This document shows, in pieces, positions 63,454 through 64,000 of a stretch of DNA of 64,000 nucleotides. Position 1 is the stretch's first letter. Each line of letters opens with the position of its first letter. A program made the translations under genes and the position numbers. Below the pieces are notes generated by a model that saw only the letters and a program-made list of their open reading frames with translations, was not told the DNA's origin and did not search any database. The DNA lies in the NCBI RefSeq assembly GCF_006345805.1, contig NC_042997.1, positions 138,446,001 through 138,510,000 on the forward strand, written 5' to 3'. This stretch comes from Octopus sinensis (lineage: Eukaryota).

Positions 63454-63638
63454 GGTCACAAAAGTGACAGAGGGTATTGACTAGCACCACTTTTGCTAAA
63501 AATAAGAGTTAAAACAACTGAAAAGTCACAAAGAACTATCTTAATACAACAGTCAGTAAAACACTGCTTTTGAGTTGTTTTAACTCTTCTTTTTAGCAAA
63601 AGAGGTGCTAGTCAGTAGCCTCTGTCACTTTTGTGACC
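63454..63638. mobile_element. Fold-back element with ~66-bp arms
   Basis: ggtcacaaaagtgacagagggtattgactagcaccacttttgctaaaaataagagttaaaacaact and its near-perfect reverse complement at 63573-63638. Confidence 0.75.
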
Positions 63639-63643
63639 CCCCC

Positions 63644-63674
<31 letters not shown>

Positions 63675-64000
63675 AATAAAGGTGGCTTATTTGCAATTTA
63701 CAACCGAAAGGCAGTGTGTGTGTGCGTGTGTATATACACACTAATGAGATAATTTTATTGACAGTATAACTATCTCCCTCTCTTAGAGACAGGCATGGCT
63801 ATATGATTAAGAATACTTTGTTTCATAACTACGTGAATTTCGGTTATCTTTCACTGCGTAGCACTCTGGGCTTCTATCTTAGGTTGATCAAAATCCGAGT
63901 GAAACTTAGTGAATAGAAACCGTGGAAAGCTGCTGTTTCTGTTCTTGGGTGGTAGACTTAATTCATCTCCTGGTTTAAACAAGACCACATGGCCCCTAGA

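Overview
AT-rich, repeat-dense animal genomic DNA. The SINE and MITE content and the long (TA)n/(CA)n tracts point to a coleoid cephalopod, most likely Octopus (inference). One spliced protein-coding gene runs on the minus strand across nearly the whole window and is 5'-incomplete, because no signal-peptide exon was found. Its exons are: CUB-like (55759-56151), a candidate 63-nt linker (40709-40771), LDL-receptor class A (13662-13811), transmembrane (3327-3508) and a long Ser-rich cytoplasmic terminal exon (1592-2185). All splice phases join in frame, giving about 460 aa of a single-pass CUB-LDLa receptor of the NETO/Culd/LEV-10 type. The introns hold several SINE families, TTAA-flanked (piggyBac-type), hAT-type and mariner-type MITEs, a mariner transposase relic, and CR1-, RTE- and Tx1-like LINE 3' fragments. 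The most unusual signal is a set of hammerhead-ribozyme motifs of the minimal, Penelope-associated type. One family fuses a tRNA-derived Pol III head to the hammerhead and inserts as head-to-head inverted pairs (8346-8810, 18427-18578). A separate, apparently intact minimal hammerhead with a compensatory U3:A8 core lies at 61523-61575. Most ORF-track entries are microsatellite or SINE artefacts. All analysis was by eye. Repeat boundaries are approximate and repeat family letters (A-F) are my own labels.
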